Shown piece after piece: positions 59,689-64,000 of a stretch of DNA of 64,000 bases (position 1 is the stretch's first letter; each line of letters starts with the position of its first letter). The notes under the pieces were generated by a model. The model worked only from the letters and a program-made list of their open reading frames with translations. It ran no database searches and had not been told where the DNA came from. The translations under genes and the position numbers were made by a program. Source of the DNA: an uncultured Chloroflexia bacterium (GTDB lineage Bacteria; Chloroflexota; Limnocylindria; Limnocylindrales; CSP1-4); NCBI GenBank assembly GCA_963748625.1, contig CAVVJT010000010.1, positions 384,001 to 448,000 on the forward strand, in the 5' to 3' direction.

Positions 59689-59954
59689 TGGAACGCAAGG
59701 GCGTCTGCCCGGGGTCCCCCCAAACATGTGGTGTCCAGAGGTTGTCCGTGCAGGCCTCGACCGACGGAATGACGATCCGGGGGTTGAGCCACGAGGGCAG
59801 CGGGCTGATTCGCCCCATGCTTGGGGCGCCGCCGGGTGGGCACGGCCGGGCGGGCGGGACCAGGCGAGTGGGCGGCGGCTCGGGCGGGCGCACCGCATGG
59901 GGCAGGCGCACCGCATGAGGCGGGCGGCCCTGGTGGCACCCCCGACGGGAATGA

Positions 59955-59989
59955 GGAACCGGGGTCCCAGCAGCTTGGAACCCCGGTTC
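59955..59989 (-). terminator. Hairpin downstream of the ABC permease
   Basis: gaaccggggt(c)cca..tggaaccccggttc. Confidence 0.55.
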
Positions 59990-60030
59990 GAGCAGGTCAG
60001 CGATAGGAGCCGGGAGCCGCCTCCTGACGG

Positions 60031-61038
60031 CTACCGGTTCTTCCGCTCGTCAATGATGATCGCGACGATGATGATCGAGCCCTTGACGATGAGCTGGTAG
60101 AACGGCGACACGTTCAGCAGGTCGAGGCCGTTGTTCATCACGCCGATGATCAATGCGCCGATCACCGTCCCCCACACGGTGCCGATGCCGCCCGCGAACG
60201 ACGTGCCACCGATGACGGCCGCGGCGATCGCGTCGAGCTCGAACCCGATGCCCAGGGCCGGGGTAGCCGAGCCCACGCGCGAGGTGAGGACGATGCCACC
60301 CAAGCCTGCCATCAGGCCCGAGAACATGTAGATCAGCACCTTGGTCCGGTTGATGTTGACGCCCGAGACGCGGGCCGCCGTCTCGTTGCCGCCGATCGCG
60401 TACACGTGGCGGCCGAAGCGCGTGTAGCCCAGCATGATGTGGGCGAGGACCACGACGGTTCCGAACACCAGGATCGGCACCGGCACGCCGAGCAGGCTCC
60501 CCTGGCCGATGAACAGGAAGTCGTCGTTGAGGGTCGAAACCGGGCGGCCGTCCGAGTAGATGTAGGCCAGGCCTCGCGCGATCTGCATCATGCCCAGCGT
60601 GGCGATGAAGGGCGGGATGCGGGTGAACGCGATCAGCGCCCCGTTCACGAAGCCCAGGCTGAGCCCGACGGTGAGGCCGGCCAGGACGCCCACGATCGCC
60701 GGCAGCTGGACGCCGGGGTAGATCGCCTCTTTCCAGTCGGGCTGCTGCACGAAGCTCGCGGTGACAACGGCCGCGAACCCCAGCACCGAGCCCAGCGACA
60801 GATCGATGCCGGTGGAGATGATCGCGACGGTCACGCCCAGGGCCAGCAGGCCGATGACCGAGATCTGGCGGACGACGTTGATCAGGTTCTGGGGCTTGAG
60901 GAACGAGTTGTCCGGCGAGAAGATCGCCAGGAGGGTGCACATCCCCAGGAAGATGAAGATGATCATGTACTTCCGGAGGAACTGCCCTACGCGGCTCCCC
61001 GTGGTGGGCCCGCCGGAGGTCGAGGCGGCTGCAGTCAT
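60031..61038 (-). CDS. Sugar ABC transporter permease (RbsC/MglC type)
   Basis: [44 protein letters not shown]. Confidence 0.95.
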   Translation of the reverse strand: MTAAASTSGGPTTGSRVGQFLRKYMIIFIFLGMCTLLAIFSPDNSFLKPQNLINVVRQISVIGLLALGVTVAIISTGIDLSLGSVLGFAAVVTASFVQQPDWKEAIYPGVQLPAIVGVLAGLTVGLSLGFVNGALIAFTRIPPFIATLGMMQIARGLAYIYSDGRPVSTLNDDFLFIGQGSLLGVPVPILVFGTVVVLAHIMLGYTRFGRHVYAIGGNETAARVSGVNINRTKVLIYMFSGLMAGLGGIVLTSRVGSATPALGIGFELDAIAAAVIGGTSFAGGIGTVWGTVIGALIIGVMNNGLDLLNVSPFYQLIVKGSIIIVAIIIDERKNR

Positions 61039-61053
61039 CGCGTGATCTCCTGG

Positions 61054-62559
61054 CTAGGCGGCTGGGGCGACCATGGGGGTCGCGGCCTCGAGCACCTTCT
61101 CCTGGGTGGCTTCGGCGCGGTTGAACTCCGCGGTGATCCGGCCACCGGCCATGACCAGCACGCGGTCGCTCATGCCGAGGATCTCCGGCATCTCGGACGA
61201 CACCATCAGGATCGCCTTGCCCTCCCGGGCGAGACCCGACATCAGGCGGTGGATCTCGGCCTTGGCGCCAACGTCGATGCCGCGGGTGGGCTCGTCGATC
61301 ATGAGAATGTCGGGCAGCGTCAGGAGCCACCGGGACACGAGCACCTTCTGCTGGTTGCCGCCCGAGAGGTTCCTGACAAGCTGGCCCAGGCTGGGCGTCT
61401 TGATGGACAACGCGTCCTTCTGGCCCTCGCAGGCGGCCTCGATCCTGCCTTTGCGCACGATCCAGCCGGGACTGTACTGGGGCAGGCTGGCCATGATCAT
61501 GTTGTCGCGCACCGACAGCACGCCCATGATCCCGGTCAGCTTGCGGTCCTCGGTGAGCAGGCCCATCCCAGCCCCGATCGCGTCGGACGGGCTCTTGATC
61601 GAGATTTCCTTGCCGCTGATCGAGATCGTGCCGGCGTCGGCCTTGTAGATGCCGAACAGCGTTTCGAGGACTTCGGTCCTGCCGGCGCCCATCAGGCCCG
61701 CCAGCCCCAGGATCTCCCCCTTGCGCAGGTCGAAGCTGATGTCCGCGATGACGCCGGTGCGGGTGAGGCCGCGCACGGACATGATCACGTCACCGATCTC
61801 CACCTCCTCCTTGGGGAACATGTGGGTGAGCTCGCGGCCCACCATCAGCGAGATCAGCTTCTGGCGGTCCAGCTCCGCCGCCGGAAGGGTCGCGACATGC
61901 TTGCCGTCCCGGAACACGGTGACGAAGTCCGCGATCTTGAAGACCTCGTCCATCTTGTGCGTGATGTAGATGACCGCAACCCCAGTCGCCTTGAGCGAGG
62001 CGATCATCCGGTGGAGATGGTCGACCTCGCGCTCCGTGATGGCAGAGGTCGGCTCGTCCATGATGATCAGGCGGGCATCAGTGGAGATGGCCTTCGCGAT
62101 CTCCACCATCTGCATCTGGGCGACCGAGAGGCTCTTCATCACCCGCTTGGGGTTGACGTCGATGGACCAGCGGTCGAAGACCTCCTGGGCCATCCGGGTC
62201 ATCTTGCCGTGGTCCACCAGGCCCAGCCGGTTCTTCGGCTCGCGCCCGAGGTAGATGTTCTCGGCCACGGTCATGGCCGGGACGGGCGAGAGCTCCTGGT
62301 GGATCATCGCGATGCCGTTGGCCAGCGCAGTGGAGCTGTCCGGGATGGTGACCTGCTGCCCCGCGAGCTCGATCGTGCCGCTGTCCGCACGGTAGATGCC
62401 CGCCAGGACCTTCATGAGCGTCGACTTGCCGGCGCCGTTCTCGCCCATCAGCGCGTGGACGGTGCCCGCCTCAGCCACGAGGTGGACGTCGTCGAGCGCC
62501 TGGACTCCGGGGAACGACTTCGAGATCCCCGTCATGCGGAGGAGTACGTCCTCAGCCAT
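61054..62559 (-). CDS. Sugar ABC transporter ATP-binding protein (tandem NBD)
   Basis: [35 protein letters not shown]. Confidence 0.95.
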   Translation of the reverse strand: MAEDVLLRMTGISKSFPGVQALDDVHLVAEAGTVHALMGENGAGKSTLMKVLAGIYRADSGTIELAGQQVTIPDSSTALANGIAMIHQELSPVPAMTVAENIYLGREPKNRLGLVDHGKMTRMAQEVFDRWSIDVNPKRVMKSLSVAQMQMVEIAKAISTDARLIIMDEPTSAITEREVDHLHRMIASLKATGVAVIYITHKMDEVFKIADFVTVFRDGKHVATLPAAELDRQKLISLMVGRELTHMFPKEEVEIGDVIMSVRGLTRTGVIADISFDLRKGEILGLAGLMGAGRTEVLETLFGIYKADAGTISISGKEISIKSPSDAIGAGMGLLTEDRKLTGIMGVLSVRDNMIMASLPQYSPGWIVRKGRIEAACEGQKDALSIKTPSLGQLVRNLSGGNQQKVLVSRWLLTLPDILMIDEPTRGIDVGAKAEIHRLMSGLAREGKAILMVSSEMPEILGMSDRVLVMAGGRITAEFNRAEATQEKVLEAATPMVAPAA

Positions 62560-62724
62560 TCGCTGCCTCACCCTGCGTCACGTGCGACCTCTCCGTCCCC
62601 TTCTCCCGGGAGTTTCCACCCCTGGAAACAATAAGGCCCGGAGGCCCAGCGAACCGGGCCTCCGAGCACTCACATGTGCGAGTCGCAATCCCGGGGCGAC
62701 GGAGCCGACCCGGGACGCCGCTTC

Positions 62725-63749
62725 CTAGTTCGCGCCGAGGAAGTCGTTGATGTTCTCGGGGGTCACGAGGACGTAGGGGATGTCCACGTAGTCCGGAACC
62801 TCGGTGCCGGCCAGGAGGTCGACAGCGGCCTGGACGCCACCGGCGCCCTGGCCCTTGGCATCCTGGAAGACGGTGACCTCGAGCTCGCCGGCCTGCATGG
62901 CGGCGAGGGCCTCGGAGGTGGCGTCAACGCCGCCGACGAAGACCTTGTCGAGCAGGTTCGCGGCCTTCAGCGCGTTGATGGCGCCGAGCGCCATCTCGTC
63001 GTTGTTGGCGCAGACGACCATGCCTTCCTTGAGGGTGCCGCTCTGGATCCAGTTCTCGGTGATGGCCTGGCCCTTGGCGCGGTCCCACTCGCCGGACTGG
63101 GTGGCGACGACCTTCATGCCTGCGGCAGTGGCCTTCTCGTTGCAGCCCTGGGTCCGGAGGACGGCGGCCTCGTTGGTGACCTGGCCCTGGAGGATGACGA
63201 CGTCACCCTTGTTGCCGGCGAGCTTGGCAAGCTCCTCCATCTCGACCTGGCCCGCGTACAGGGAGTCAGAGCCCACGTACGGCACGCCCGCGATGGACGG
63301 GTTGCGGTTGACGAAGACGATCGGGATGTTCGCGGCCTTGGCGGCGTCAGCCATGGGCTGCGCGGCGCTGGTGTCGACCGGGACCACGATGATCGCGTTG
63401 ACGCCCTGCGTGACGAAGTTCTCGACCTGGCTGAGCTGGGCTTGGCGGTGTCGTCCTGGGCGTCGACGATGTTGACCTTGACGCCGAGCTCGTCAGCCTT
63501 GACCTGCATGCCGTCCTGGACGCGGCTCAGGAAGGTGTCGCTGTTGGGGAACGCGACGCCGATCGTGACGTCGCCGGTGGCCGGAGCCTCGGTGGCCATC
63601 GGGGCCTCGGTGGCCATCGGGGCCTCGGTGGCTGCGGGTGCGTCGGTGGCTGCCGGGGCCGTGGTGGCCGTGGTGCCGCCGCACGCGCTCAGGATCATCG
63701 CGCCAGCGACCATGAGGCCGGCCAGGCGCGCAGTCCGAGTAAGGTCCAT
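62725..63749 (-). CDS. Sugar ABC transporter substrate-binding lipoprotein, frameshift near 63440
   Basis: Lipobox ILSAC, Ala/Thr/Pro linker (ATEAPM repeats), IPIVFVNR, ANNDEMALGA, TVFQDA. Confidence 0.9.
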
Positions 63750-63838
63750 GTGTTCTCTTCTCCTCCGCCGATGTGGCTTGACGATTCCGCGGTGCGCCGG
63801 GCCCCTGATGTCCCTCTGGGGCATGGTCGCGTTTAACC

Positions 63839-63854
63839 GCGTAATCGATTGCGC
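63839..63854. promoter_or_regulatory. Palindromic operator candidate upstream of the ABC operon
   Basis: GCGTAATCGATTGCGC, a near-perfect CG-centred palindrome that differs from the other two LacI sites. Confidence 0.5.
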
Positions 63855-64000
63855 ACTGTAACGGTTGAGCCGGGCGCCGTCAACCCCATTTCGACACCAA
63901 TGCGCTTCTTGACGACAACTGGCTCGATTCGGGGATGGTGAGGTCGCCCACCGTGGGTGCCACCCCAGCATGCCAGAACGGGCGGGAACCGTCGCGCGGC

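Noticed and set aside
4204-63749. Frameshifts in more than a dozen genes (DUF4258, DUF4420, Z1, UvrD, transsulfuration enzyme, FadR, epimerase, Gfo/Idh, IolE, SBP and others) as programmed frameshifting or mass pseudogenisation
   Set aside because: They are scattered small indels without slippery sites or in-frame stops and hit all functional classes equally, which is typical of uncorrected long-read errors. Polishing with accurate reads would decide.

Overview
Very GC-rich bacterial DNA; gene style suggests Chloroflexota or Actinomycetota (inference only). No rRNA, tRNA, CRISPR array, integrase or transposase was recognised. Layout: (1) 1-2.3 kb, 3' part of a LamG/Ig/FlgD surface protein. 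(2) 2.3-6 kb, a patchwork of toxin-antitoxin genes and gene stubs. (3) 6-23 kb, a defence island: RqlH-like RecQ-PRTase plus DprA (RqlI-like); a McrA-N-terminal-domain/DUF3883 nuclease; vsr and a Dcm/M.EcoRII-like 5mC methyltransferase; and a convergent gene set (alphaCTD-sigma4 protein, then a translationally coupled run of Z1 helicase, DUF4420 nuclease, GHKL ATPase, unknown protein, DUF6339-EcoRII-N fusion). This looks like an Mza-related, CCWGG-directed multi-subunit restriction system and is the best candidate for a new system. (4) 23-38 kb, UvrD/AddA-like helicase-nuclease, NERD-helicase, an HTH-nuclease gene between direct repeats, SIMPL, a transsulfuration enzyme with Lrp, a membrane metallopeptidase and several intergenic repeat clusters. 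(5) 38-47.4 kb, a complete corrinoid-dependent methyltransfer cluster. (6) 47.4-54.4 kb, a xanthine-dehydrogenase-family cluster with a FadR regulator. (7) 54.5-64 kb, a LacI-regulated inositol/sugar locus containing an uncharacterised UroD-fold protein. More than a dozen genes carry small frameshifts, most simply explained as uncorrected long-read indels. All domain calls come from motif recognition by eye, not from database searches.
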